A DNA stretch of 64,000 bases. Origin: Heptranchias perlo. Its lineage: Eukaryota. The DNA lies in the NCBI RefSeq assembly GCF_035084215.1, contig NC_090356.1, forward strand, positions 10,664,001 to 10,728,000. Direction: 5' to 3'. The translations under genes were made by a program, and so were the position numbers. Shown here piece by piece: positions 37,683 to 50,800 of this stretch (position 1 is the first letter of the stretch; every line of letters starts with the position of its first letter). The notes beneath the pieces were generated by a model. That model did no database searches, had not been told where the DNA came from, and saw only the letters and a program-made list of their open reading frames with translations.

Positions 37683-37963
37683 CATAGGTTTTCAAACTGG
37701 GGTCCTGGGACCTTAGGGGGGGTGGTCCTCAAGGTCACCAGATTTCTATCCGCCTGTCAGCAGATCTCTGAATGTTTCTGTATTTCTTGATGAACCAGCA
37801 TGCTATTTATGCTGCTGTAAACTAACAAAACACTGCAATGCCAACACTATTGCTGTGGATTTGCGCCATTGTCTTTCAGAATTTAGGAGAGAGGGGAGTC
37901 CCGCAGGAGCACGTCAATATTTGCCGGGAGATCCCCCACACAGAAAAGTTTGAAAACCCACTG
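37683..37963. mobile_element. hAT-Charlie-like MITE
   Basis: TIRs cataggttttcaaact / agtttgaaaacccactg. The 8-bp flanks ccttcaaa / ccttagaa match at 6/8. Confidence 0.65.
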
Positions 37964-38420
37964 CCTTAGAATGACAAAAGTTTTTTGCACAAAAAGCACC
38001 CCCCCTCCCCCGCCCTCCACCCTCCAACTTAATCCCATTTCTTGGCTTTCATTATGATTATATTTTAAAAACCCTTTCTGGCAAACCCTCACCAAACAAG
38101 ATTTTAAAAACTGACTGAGGAGAACGGCTGTCCTTTAGCAACATTTGTTGGCCATTTCCCAACACTCATGCAAGTACTTGTGGTGCAGTGAAGGGAAGTT
38201 ATTTAAATCTCCATTGTCTTTTTTTAAAAAAATGAGTCAATACAAGAGAAAGGAGAAGCAACAGTGCAGTTTTCACGTATTCTGTACTCACAAGGTGTTC
38301 AAGGGCAGGCAGAATGAGGTGAAACCTTCTGGGTTATATATATTTAGGTTTTTTTTTTGAATACTGCTCGTGAGGAACCTAAATCTCTGGTCCATTAATT
38401 TCTGACAGTCTGATAAATAA

Positions 38421-38850
38421 ATAGAATCATACAGCACAGAAGTAGGCCATTCGGTCCATCGTGCCTGTGCCGGCTCTTTGGAAAAAAATTAGTCCCACTC
38501 CCCTGCACTTTCCCGATACCGCTGCAATTTTTTTCCTTTTCAAGTATTTATTCAATTCCCTTTTGAAAGTTACTATTGAATCTGCTTCCACCACCCTTTC
38601 AGGAAGTACATTCCTGATCATAACTCGTTGCGTAAAAAATTCTCCTCATCTCTTTTGCTAATTACCGTAAATCTGTGTCCTCTGGTTACCGACCCTCCTG
38701 CCAGTGAAAACAGTTTCTTCTTATCTCCTCTATCAAAACCCTTCATAAACTTGAACATCTCCCCTTAACCTTCTTTGCTCTAATTAGAACAACACCAGCT
38801 CCTCCAGTCTCTCCATATAACTGAAGTTCCTCATCCCTGGTACCATTCCA
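38421..38850 (-). mobile_element. CR1 3' fragment
   Basis: Encodes LPERVVEADSIVTFKRELNKYLK, followed by the CR1 tail. Confidence 0.9.
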
Positions 38851-41059
38851 ATGTAGGATATTTTCTTTGCAGTGCACCATTATTAAAAAATGCAACCGAT
38901 CCTCGTCACAGTGAAATGTAGCGTCTTGTGCACTGGTCTAAATTCAGTCAGCTTGTGCCTCATGGACTGGCCTAATTTTAACCATCTCCTTAATCTGCAA
39001 CACCCTCCGCACCCCACAAGAAGTCTAAATATCCAAACTTGTAATAGAGTTCTTGACAATTTTCCTTCCTATTTACTCACTAAGATTATTTTAATCATGC
39101 ACGGTGGCTCTGTAGATTAATGCAATGCCTGGTATGTTACTCAATCAGACAGACCGGATAGGTCCCAGGCTCGACCCTAGGTCTGTGCTGATACCACCTG
39201 GGCAGCAGTTTGGGCACTGCAAATAACATCATCATTCCTTGGTTTGTTAGGGAAGGGAAAAAAAAAATCAGCAAAACTTAATGCTCGTGACTGCTATTCA
39301 GTGAGCTGGAAAGTGCACGTGTCTGGATTCCAGGTTATAACAGCATTGCACTCAACTGTGATGCTCTCCATGGTCGAATAGCCGGTCAAAGGTCACTGTC
39401 TGGACAAGCGGCTCAAGACTGGATTTGTTTGCCAGCACCTTCAGAAAAGAAAAACAGAATTGGGAAGAATTGAAGGTTATCAATAAAAGGCACAGCTGAT
39501 GGAGGTTAGGATGGTGAGCATTATCCGATTACTCCAAATCGGAAGCAGCTGAAGATTCTGGAGCAACAGTCACTTTTTTGTGGTATCTGTCCCCTGTCCT
39601 CAACCTTTCAAATTAATCCCCTTCCCCAAAACAAATTCATCTCCTGCTGCCCTAAAACTAAAACTACCAGAGAAGGAGTTGGGCCCTGGATGTCCTTTCC
39701 ACACAAGCCCCCACAAGCAAGAGACACTGGAGACTACATGAACCACAGCACCCACACACACAAAACTAAGAGCAACTATTGGAAACTGGAGCAGTCCAAT
39801 AGCACCTGGAAGTTCGTGCACCAATGAGTAAGTTGGGTAACAAACTCCCAATCTCATCCTGGGCAAAGACAGGGAGGAAACAAGTGGTCATAACACCCCC
39901 GACCCCTCTCTCTCTCTCTCTCGCAGTCCCAACAGCCCACTACAGTGAAGGGGCAGATCTCCTACCCTTTGTCTCAACTAGGGAATGATGCAAGGAGGAC
40001 TGGGCTGGCAGTAAGCATGATGGGAGGGAGGCTGAAGAAAATAGAGAAAGAAAAATATAAATTGGAAAGCGAAGTGTGATTTTTTTTAAAAAGTGAGGAA
40101 GTCACCTATCTATTCTTAACACAAAGCTGTGTGACTTTTGTGCATCAAGAGGTGTACTTTGATATTAAGCTTTAGTTACAGATGCAAAGTACTGCAAGTA
40201 ATGAAATCGTAATGGACTAAGCTATCGGACAATAAAGAATAGGCAAAGATAAAAGCACAACCTAATTACAGAATGTCCCCAGTCCATAAATCAGATACTG
40301 AGCAAATTACACTTTCCAAGATTAGAAAAAAGGGATAACGAAGAGTTTGGATCGATCGAGAACTGCCACAAAATCAAACGTGAAAGGTGCAGGTCCACTC
40401 TGCTGAAGAATCTTTCATTGGTCCCAGTCAGAGTTGTTAGAATGAAGTAAGGAGATCAAAACAACAAAGAGTGAACGTGAGAAGATCTTATTGAAGGGGG
40501 ACTTGCCGCATCACAATCCCTTAAAAAAAAAATTGCAAATAATTCGGATTATCCTTTCGTATACTTCGGCTTCCTGAATTTTCTCAATGCGTTTTTGTTC
40601 AAACAGCATTAAACTGTCGAGCAGACTGACCTGGCGGAGTTACTGAGCCAGATTGCTCGAGGGCACTGAATTAACAGGTACAATAGAAAGGCTAATCATT
40701 TTGTGTACACCGAGTTAATGACTGTATAGCTCCTGAGATTAATTCAGCTTTCATACATTGTCGCTTTCAATAACTCCTCCAGATCAGTTCCTTGAGGATA
40801 TTAGGGTTTGGGTTTTAAAAAAAATTACTCCCTTGCGACAGAGAACAGAAGAGATACCAAAGTTTTTTCTTAATCCCTTATATTTCTATCTACGATATAG
40901 TACAAGTCTTGCATTCAGCATATACTTCCTGCAGGTCACGCTTATTTCCTGCAATACTTTCCCTGACATATTTTGTTGATAACGGCCCTGTTATAAAATA
41001 AATATATCCTCCAATTCACAATGAGCAATGCCATAGGTGATCTGCTGATAACTGCGTAA

Positions 41060-41135
41060 GATGACAAAGGAGCAAAGCTCCGAAAGCTTGTGATTTCAAA
41101 TAAAGCTGTTGGACTATAGCCTGGTGTTGTGTGAT
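41060..41135 (+). mobile_element. Penelope-like terminal fragment with hammerhead remnant
   Basis: atgacaaaGGAGCaaaGCTCCgaaagc (stem II plus GAAA), followed by tttcaaataaagctgttggactatagcctggtgttgtg as at 7902. Confidence 0.65.
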
Positions 41136-41139
41136 GATG

Positions 41140-41450
41140 AAGTCTGCAGTTTAAAAAAGCCCATTCCGTCCATCAAGCCCACTCCATTCAGAGTCCATGT
41201 ATGATATTCCATCATGGGCTCCCCCATGCCCATCACCCCCTTTTTCTCCAAAAATAAATCAAGTACTGCTTTAATACCGCTCTAACTCTCAATTCCCTTT
41301 TAAAAGGCATTATTTGGCTTCAAATCAGCTACTTCCTCTGGGACTCTCTTTCACATGTCCACTATGGGAGGAAAATAAAAGTTCTTTTCTAATCTCTAAC
41401 TTTGCTCCAGGCTTGTGAATTTTGTACTTGTGTCCTCTAGTCCTGTGCTT
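41140..41450 (-). mobile_element. Old CR1 3' fragment
   Basis: Minus strand reads RTRGHKYKIHK, and the plus strand carries cccattccgtccatcaagccc (reverse-complemented tail). Confidence 0.6.
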
Positions 41451-41794
41451 ATTGTTAAATAGCTTGTTTGCTTAATTGTTTGACGAGGTTGCTAATAGGT
41501 AAACTACTTCTAAAACAAGAGAAAAGTTCACAGATCCATAATCCAATGGCCACAATGACCTCTCCACAGTGTGCCTGAAGTCACGATAAACAACAAGCAT
41601 CAGCTCTTTCATTACTGACTGTCTTGGGTCTTGTAGCAGGTTTCAAGGAGCAAAGCTTGCACCTGGTTTTGTCACAAGGATGAAAGATAAAAGTTGTTCT
41701 TTTAAGGCATCCACTGGTAATTTCAGTATATAACCAAGGCTAACATGTACTGAGGGAATACTGCACTGGCTTCCGGAGAGATGTTGACCCTAAA

Positions 41795-41960
41795 AGAGTG
41801 GCGGAAGCAGATTCAATGGTAACTTTCAAAAGAGAAGTGGATATATACTTCAAAAGGAAAAATGTTCAGGGCTCCGGAGAAAGAGGAGAGTAGGACTAAT
41901 TGGATAGCTCTTTCAAAGAGCTGGCACAGGCACGATGGGCCGAATGGCCTCCTTCTATGA
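41795..41960 (+). mobile_element. CR1 3' end
   Basis: gcagattcaatggtaactttcaaaaga...gatgggccgaatggcctccttct. Confidence 0.85.
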
Positions 41961-42054
41961 AGCTCTCTGCCTGTTCGAGTGAATGTAAAACATTTGAGGA
42001 TGAAAACTCCCCCTTTACTACGAGATCCCTGGTCCACTATATTATTGATAAGAG

Positions 42055-42415
42055 TTAGCTTAGTTCACTCTTGCCTCTGAGTCAGAGTCCAGCTCCTCTA
42101 CAGCCTGACAGTTCAGTGCAGCCCTGAGGGAGTGCTGCATTGTCAGATGAGACATTAAATCCAGGGCCTGTCCGCCTGGTCAGGTGGATATTAAAGATCC
42201 TACGGCACGATTCTGAAGAAGAGCGAATAGTTCTCCCGGTGTCCTGGCCAACATTCTTCCCTCAACCAACACCATAAAAAAGATTAACTGGCCATTCGTC
42301 TCGTGCTGTTCCTGAGACTTTGCTGTTGCAGTTATCTACATAACAATAGTCTCTGCACTTCACTTATAATGCTTTGTGTTGCATCAGAATGTGATAAGAC
42401 GCTGTATAAATATAC
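42055..42415 (+). mobile_element. Deu-domain tRNA-SINE, diverged
   Basis: cactcttgcctctgagtcaga, caggtggatattaaagatcc and ttctcccggtgtcctggccaac, then the tail. Confidence 0.8.
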
Positions 42416-42429
42416 GTATTATTTGGGTA

Positions 42430-42533
42430 GTTCTGACGAAAGGTCTTCGACATGAAACGTTAATTCTTTCTTTCTCTAACGATGCCGCCTCACTTGCTGA
42501 GCTTTTCCAGCATTTTCTGCTTTTATTTTTTTT
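42430..42533 (+). mobile_element. 104-bp PLE-derived insertion with minimal hammerhead core and 13-bp TSD
   Basis: Flanks tattatttgggta at 42417-42429 and 42534-42546. Core CTGACGA at 42433-42439, then aaggtcttcgacat, then GAAA-C-GTT. Confidence 0.75.
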
Positions 42534-42754
42534 TATTATTTGGGTACTGCTGTGTTGTGTTGAGATGTGATTATTTTTTTTTAACACTTTGCTGCCAAAG
42601 GCAGTTCCAGCGTTGCCAACAAAGTGGATGAGAGGCTGATGTGACCCCCAGAGGCTGTGCGCACCACCAAATGACCCAGGGTTATCCCACACCTTCAAAC
42701 ACCAAAACAAACCCTCGCTGTTGCAGTTGGCCGTGTTTTTAGGCTTTCAGTGGG

Positions 42755-42960
42755 ACATAGGGACATGGGAACAGGACGAGGCCATTCAGCCCCTAAAGCC
42801 TGCTCCACCATTTAATTAGATCATGGCTGATCTGTACCTCAACTCCGTTTACCTGCCTTTGACGCACATCTCTTAATACCCATACCTAACAAAAATCTTT
42901 CAATCTCAGTCTCGAAAGCTCCAATTTTCCCCTAGCATCCAGACAGAATTCAAGATTTCT
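42755..42960 (-). mobile_element. CR1 3' fragment (second subfamily)
   Basis: gaacaggacgaggccattcagcccc...tcatggctgatctgtacctcaactcc. Confidence 0.75.
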
Positions 42961-44089
42961 TAGTATTGAGGTATTGGGCTTAGTAACAAAGTGTTCATCC
43001 CTTCCCCAAAGAGGCCTGTAAAATACTTTCACTCCAGCTGCTGTGCAACCCAGGTTGGTAAAAGTAGCAAGGAATCACACAAAAAAAAAACTTTATAACA
43101 AATGTACCAGCCTAAAGCTGTTCGGCTCGGAGTCTGTGAGGCAGAATACAAAGGAGGCTGTTCATACCGCACTTGGGAACGACAACTAGCATTTCACAAC
43201 CATTTCCTGAAGAGATTCTGCAATATCATTGTACCATATGTAGTACAAAAAGTACTTACAAATTGTCAATCTCACTCAGACAGGACCCATGATGGCTGGT
43301 GTGAGGAAAGGAAATGTCATGTTCGTGCAGCAGGGGATACTCTTCAGAAGCTGAGGTTAAAGCATGTCATTGAGGTACAGTAGAAGGAGCTTTACTGTAC
43401 TACTATCCTATACTCTTCCCGATCTGGGAATTCTTGACGTTGCGATCGGGTGCAAAAAAAAGTGGAAAAATATTCCAGATTCCAGCAATGGGATGCACAA
43501 AACTCCAAGAAATACCAGAATTGTTACAAAAATCATGAAACAGAAGTTACTTTATGGTACAATTAATTTCATAAACAATATCTACCATTATAATTTTTTT
43601 TAAAAAATAACCCAAATTGAGAGTTTCAAAAGGACATTGATGAACTATTCATTAATTAATATATACTAGACCTGAGGGTCAGAGGCTGTGCTAAGGTGAG
43701 ATCCCTGAAACATGATGGGTAAATAGTTCACTACTTATTTCCTAACAGATGTAGTCAGTTTCCTCATACGCAGTGCATAAGCCTGGTTGTTGGATTGCAT
43801 GTCTGATTGCAGCACAGTTTAGCATGTGACCACATTTTTTTTAATACTAGTTATTATTTTGTGGTGTTGTTCTCAGACTAAAAACATTTCTGTCTCACTC
43901 TTTCTGTAGCTGTCTCTCTGCTTGTCTCCCACTCTTTAATTATTTTCTCTTTGTATGCTTGTTTGTCCCATTCTTTTTCTGTCACTTGTTTATTATCCAT
44001 TTACCTGTCTCTTGTATAGGTTTCCTACTGTGTATCTCTCTCACAAAGCTTGTTGTACATCTTTCTCTCACTGTTTCTCCAACTGTTTC

Positions 44090-44400
44090 TCTTTTGGATG
44101 AGATGTTAAATCAAGGTCTGCCTTTTGCCCTCTCAGGTGGGCGTAAAAGATCCCATGGCACTATTTCGAAGAAGTGCAGGGGGGTTCTCCCCGGTGTCCT
44201 GGCCAACATTTATCCCTCAACCAACATCACTGAAACAGATTATCTGGTCATTATCACATTGCTGTTTGTGGAATCTTGCTGTGCGCAAATTGGCTGCCAC
44301 GTTTTCTACATTACAACAGTAACTACACTTCAACAGTACTTCATTGGCTGTAAAGAGCTTTAGGACGTCCTGAGGTTGTGAAAGGCGCTATGTAAGTTCT
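44090..44400 (+). mobile_element. Deu-domain SINE, 5'-truncated, inside a CT-rich tract
   Basis: Deu core ctctcaggtgggcgtaaaagatcccatggcactatttcgaag, then the tail gaggttgtgaaaggcgctatgtaag. Confidence 0.88.
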
Positions 44401-47400
44401 TTCTTTCTTTAATTTATTTCCCTCGCATACTCTATCTCCCTTTCTCTCTGTATGCACTTTTTCTGTATGTCCCCAATCCCTATATCTCTCACTAATGTCC
44501 TTTCCCTTTCCTTGTATGTCTATCTCACTCTCTGTTGGTTCCTTGCTCCTCCGCTCTCTCAGTAGGTCTTGTTCTCTCTTTCTTTCTGTAGATCTCACTT
44601 TATTCATTTTCTCTCTGATCCCACATAGACCTGGAGCCAGACTCGAGATATATTTTGCAATTATGTGCAGATAAATAAAAGAAAATCTGTACATTGCAAC
44701 AAAAAACCCTTGTAACAGAACAAGGCCAGCAAAAACACGCAACTGTTGACTTTGCAGATTTTGTCCACAATAGAACTCATTAATCAGTGACCTTACACGT
44801 TATTCCTGACTTATCTCTGGGGTCAGACTGGTCTGTACTGATGCACAGTTCCAACTTCAAAAATAATTTAAGAAAGCTTTGTTGGACATTTTCAACTTTT
44901 GTTTCTTATTAGATTTTGGGGAGAGGGGCAGGTCAATCCAGAAGTACATCTTGCCGTCACTTTGCTTTGAACAGATACCCCTGTGCTGTCCCTTCTATTA
45001 CCAAGAACATCAGTGTCCTGGCTACGTGTGTGGAAATGGGCCACTTGAGTGTCTGGCCACTTGGGTTGCAAAGCAAGCTTCTTGACTCATTACATCAGGC
45101 TGTGGATATTTGTAAAGTGAAGGAATCAGAAGGGGCACAGCAGCAATGGGCACTTACATGTCTCCGAATCAAAGTTGCTGCATCACTGTCAGGTGCCTAT
45201 GTCCAGCTGGCCTACACACACTAGATACACATATTCTTCCTTTAAAAGCTACCCAGATCCTCCTAGAAATGGGATGATGGGCCATCTATGCCCCTCCATA
45301 GAAAAGCAAAGCAACAAGCACGATTCAAGTGACGAAGGTATTTCCTCTCCACCACCCTGTTCTCACCTGGAACTTCACGAGCCAGCCCAGAGAAGCAGCT
45401 CGCCGAACTCAGGTAAGTGAGATTCAGCGACAGGCTTCACTGCACCCCAGATTCAGGATCTGCTGGCTCAGCCATCCGGCTTCCCTCAGCTTGTTGTGCT
45501 GTTGTATTCCGTTGAAACAGGCCTCCTGATTGAAGCCTCCAACAGCTCAATACGACCAAACCAGACATAGCCACAATGCAAGACGGTGCACCGACCTTTT
45601 CTGGATCGGTGAAGCAGGATGCCACACTCTGCCGCATCGCTGTGGTAACGGCCCACAATTCTTGGCAGCTAATTATAATCTACTTTGTGTCTTATTGAAG
45701 TTAAAAGCGCAAATAAAATCAAAGGCTGTGCCACAGTTGTTTAGTTTACTGCATTTTTGTTGCAAGCCAGAATACAAGGCTTGACCTGACTGACACCAAT
45801 CCAGACTTTTCTCTACTGTCGCGTTGTGAGTCAAAAAAGTTGGTTTCGTTCCATTTTGTAAAACGGTCCGATTGCTCATCCTGACACATAATGAAGTCAC
45901 TTTGACTGAGTTCCAATACAAGAGCATTAAAACTCATCAAGATAAGCAACCGTACATCAGTGCAGTGCAGCGCAGCATGGTGCATTCCGCCAGCACACGG
46001 CTCCTGATCTGCACTTGCATTTTACACCGTATCGCACGGGGAAAGACCACTTCAGTCAGCATATAATATATAAAGCGGATCGTTCCAATTCCACCCCCTC
46101 CCCTTTGCGTGGACAAAACAATTAAAGTGACTTGCCAAACCCTGCAATGCATTCAGGTCCCCTTGAAAAAGATTTACGCAGTGGCTTTAAGGATTCAGTC
46201 GCATGGCACAAAATAATCATCCTAATAATTATTTATATTCAGAAATGCAAGGGGACAACTGGCTTCTAGAGTAATGTAATCCAACTGAACACTCAGCACT
46301 GAATACCCTTTACAGCAGTCAACATATTTCCTATCACAGCATCTGCAAAACTGCAGTCAATTTACATCATTGAACTGGTGCGTGCATGTTTTAAAAAAAA
46401 TGTATTATGTATCTACCCTTCCTTTCCTCTCTAGTGCTGCATCATGGCTCCATATTTGGGAATGCAAGGTGTGCATAAGCTTCTCCGCAGCGCAAGTCAA
46501 TGCTGCTTTGCAGTCAGTCATCACCAAGCACCCCCCACACCCTCCGACTTTGCTGCATGTCTCAAGAAGAACTGTCAATGCAGCATGCAGTGGTGTTCCA
46601 AACAGTTTTTCTTCCCTTCCTCTCCCTCTATATTCCCTTCTGGATTGCAGTACTTCTTTACTGTGAATCCTTACATCCTGCAACATCTTAACCAAGCAGT
46701 AGAAAGCCTCCCTTTTTTCACCAATCAAGTAGATATACAAGTCGAAATGATTCAGTGAATTGGTCAGAATTTCAGACACCTATAACAACAATAACAACAA
46801 CTTGCATTTATATAGCGCCTTTAACATAGCAAAATGTCCAAAATGTCCCAAATGTCCTATAAGTCATTGAGAACTGGACTGAGAGTTAGTGAAGACACAA
46901 TACACATACACAGAATATATATAGTCAATGCACTCCCCTCTCACTGAAAGTTAACATTCTCATTCAAATTCAGGCCTTTTGGAAGGGTATCTATTGCACT
47001 GCTAGAATTACTGACTGATTACTGAAGAGGTAGCACACCACTACCCTAAAGTTACAGAGAAATTTTAGCCAGGCTGCCTTCTTAGAACACGGCTTTCTAA
47101 AAGGTCACTGCATCTCTGATCTGTCACCGTGCGCACTCTTTCACAAACCTCGTTTAAAAATTCTCGCAAGAAACTTTATACCAGACATTGCTGGCCCTTT
47201 AAGTGAAAAGGCAGCTTCAGAAAAAAAAAGGGGGTTAGAGACATTGATATTCCAGTCCGTGACAGTCTACATCTGCCAGGAGCTACAGCTATACTCGTTA
47301 TATACCACAATTTATCTGCAAATCCTTACAGAAGATCAAAGGAGGTTTCAGACAGTGGAAGTTGACCTACTCGCAGACCAAAAGGTGACTTGTGGCTGCA

Positions 47401-47794
47401 GCAAACGTTTGTGACCTACTTCTGCTAATGAAAACTGCCACGCATGGGGAGCACCTGTACTCTTCCAGCCGCATTAAATGATTTACTAGTACATTAATGC
47501 AAATTAAGGCGACTCATTGCATAAAGTGAAACGCTTGCATTGATTTTAAAATCAATTTTGAACCGAGACACAAAGTTATCCTTTTCTTATATACCCCGAT
47601 ATAAAATTTTTAATACATCAAAAAAAAATTAAGGAAAGTGGAACTTTGCAGATACTGAAGCTGAAGTGTTCATTTTTTTGATCTTGCTTGAAGGTCAGGG
47701 GAAATTATTTTTTTTTTAAAAGTCACATTCCTTTGTATTTGCCTGCTTACACTCAGCTCTGATAAAGATTATGAATCAGAGAACCATTTCCATT

Positions 47795-47809
47795 CATTGT
47801 AATGCAAAT
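47795..47809 (+). promoter_or_regulatory. Candidate Sox-Oct (SoxB1/POU) composite element
   Basis: CATTGTAATGCAAAT matches the consensus CATTGTnATGCAAAT. A second octamer, ATGCAAAT, lies at 47497-47504. Confidence 0.45.
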
Positions 47810-50800
47810 GGTATCACTGTTAAAAATTTGTTCAGCAAGGTCAAATTTGCTCGAAGATCGGAAGCTCAGAAGCATCATCTTCATGCAGCATAACTGACCT
47901 TCTCTCCACACAACAATAACTTACTTCCAAACAGCTTTGAAAATAGGATCTATATGTTTAAAAATCCTGTGTGTGTCATTCTTCATGTTAACAAACAAAA
48001 ACAGTACTCTCCTTAGGCTGGTGTACTTAAAAAAAAAATTTAGAGGCCTACTATGAAAAGGCATGTTACAACATGGGGCAAGTTGGTATTGTGGGAGTCC
48101 TTGTGCCTTGATATTAGAAACATTTTTACATGGATATTTTAGGGTAATTTCACCACGCTTTATCCTGTGATTTTATCCCCCTTCTTCCTTCCCCTGGCCT
48201 GACAGGTCTGCAACCAAGAGGGATGGAGTATGATTGACACAGTCACCAAGGTGCGATTGTCCTTCTGTCTGATTTTCCCACACTCCTGCTGGGCACTGCC
48301 ACAGTCTCTCTGCCAACTGACGTGGCTCAGGTTGGGAATTGAGCAGGGTAGGTCTCAACTCCACACCTGCCCCCACTCCATGGCACTGAGATTTTGGTAC
48401 TTTTAACGCTGAGCACCGCCCCACGGCCAACTTCAAAAGGACCCACGAGACACTTACAGCCTTTTTTTCCGTTAGAGGTTGGGCTCATTTTAAATAGCCC
48501 CTTGCCCAGTGGGGTTTACCTTACTGCAGGATTAATTTTTAATGGTTTTGAGATAATCACTTGTCCTCTCTTCAGTGCTCCCACCATCTGTCCAACTCCT
48601 TTTCACAGAAAAATAAAAACACGATTCATTTTTCCACACGGGCAAGTTTTAATTTCAGTCACCTCTTCCCCAATTAGAGCAGAAGTAATGTGAATGGGGC
48701 TGTGGCAAGGCTTCGGCCATTGTGTCGTTTGCTGCGGTACCCCAGAATTTGCACAGAACAACTCCAGATGCACAAATTCAAGGTTCTACATGGCACTGAT
48801 AATCGTGCACCTGCAGACTGCCACACAAAGTGCAGAATATTTGGGGTGTTGTACAATTTAAATGCCATTGGATGTCCTTAACATTCTTTGAAAATGCTCG
48901 ACAGCGAGAATGCACATGGTATCGTCCACCGGGCTAATATTATACTTGGGGTGAAGATTTCCTCTGTTTATTATTAAGCGAAATCATAAACACTTCCTTT
49001 ATACTGATGTTTATGATTTTGTTACAAATAAAAAAGGAATCCTCCCTCCACCGTCTCTGGAGTAAATCCATCCCAGAACCCAGTTGGGCCATTGGCACAA
49101 GTGAAAACGTCTCTGGGTAGTTTTCACACCTACATTGATTGTCGTTTCCTGGTGCAAGTTGATGACAGACCTCCCTGCGTGATCTTCATCGCATTCGCCA
49201 ATTTTCTCCTCTCATACTCTCCAGTGAACAGATTTTTAAAAAAATTGTTAACATTTCATCTATGAGATCTGCATGCACAGGTCTTTGAAAGACGCAAGAA
49301 CATTTAATGGAGCGGATCATGTAGCACCTCCTCCAAATCCAACTGCAGATGCTGAGCCTGGATTATGGCGTTGAGTCTCAGATCAGGAATGGGGTGATGC
49401 GATATGTAAACATGCACCAAACCCCACACATGCTATTACCTAATGAGACTTATCTATCTCTGCCGGTGTTACACACACACACACACACATGTACACACAC
49501 GAATGCACAAACACCCGTGCACACACGTACGCATGCATGCGCACACCCTGGAGAATGGGATAAGGCTGAACAGCAGCATTCAGCCTCAGTCTCTCCACAC
49601 TTTAAACAGGGTAGCAGGAATGTCACTCTGCATCAAAATAAAGTTTTCAAAGCAGATTTTTTTTTTGGTTACATATCTGCCGGTGTGATGATATTAGCAA
49701 TTCTTTAGTCTACGACAATTAAAGAATACTTCCTTCAAAAATGCAAAATGAGCAGCTCAATGATGGAAACCCATTTTAGGATCAATACTTGAGCTTTCCT
49801 TTTGTCTAAAGCTGTGTAAGTGGAGTTAACCCCATCAAAGGCTGGTTTATCCATTGCGGGTCCTGGTAAAAATATTGGGGGCATCAGACCCGGATCCTGG
49901 TCCCCATTCCCACCCCCCACCTCGATGTTTCAGTAGAGCGCTTATTACATGAATCTCAAAGCAGAAAGTAGGTTACGGACCAATTTTAGATTTTTAATAA
50001 CTAAGAATGACTAAAGCAGAGGGAGAGGTGTTTAAATTGAACTCAACTTCAGAAAAAAAACTTTCTCTGGCATAAACGAATGAAGAGGGCTGCATTGCTG
50101 AGAAGTTGTACATGGAATATAGCTGGAGGATCTTCAAGATACTGCATGCAGCAAAATATAGCAGCTGGATATTGCAGAACTCCATTGATTCCATGTGCAA
50201 GACCACCATCAGCTCGCAATATTACAAGAAGAACGAATGACAACTAAAAAAAAAACATTAAATTAAAAGCGGTCTCCCCATCTTCTGTAGACATATGCAT
50301 AGATGCAATGTGTGTAAGGAATCCGCTTTAAGACGGTGGGATCCCTTGAAGGTCATTTATGCTCAAATCATTTTTAGATGTCCTACAAAAATAACGGTAC
50401 TTACACATTCCCCGTAGATCATCTTCACCTTGAGGGGGACTCAGGCTGAATTTGACCAAGTCTGCACATGCACAACCGGCTCAGACAGCAGCGTTCTGCT
50501 AACTTTACACCACTGTAAGCAGGTCCACTGCCTGCAGTGAATGGAGCTGCACGACACTCAACAACCTCTCTTAAAGGGGCGGGCCACCAGAGGGAGCCGG
50601 AGTCGTTAGGATTTTTTTTTTTTTGGCCGATTAAAAATGAGCTCCTACAATCACCGCTGGAGGGCAGATTCGCACCTGTGTGGCTTTGCAGTAAAAATTA
50701 GCTCAATGGGCAATAATGCTGCACTCTTGGATTATATCGGGGCGTAACTGCAGCCCAATGCAAGGAAACATTTTTACAATTGAAATACCTGTCACATCTG

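Noticed and set aside
43885-44620. Long CT-rich tract around a SINE (H-DNA candidate)
   Set aside because: It is a decayed low-complexity microsatellite without a clean mirror repeat.
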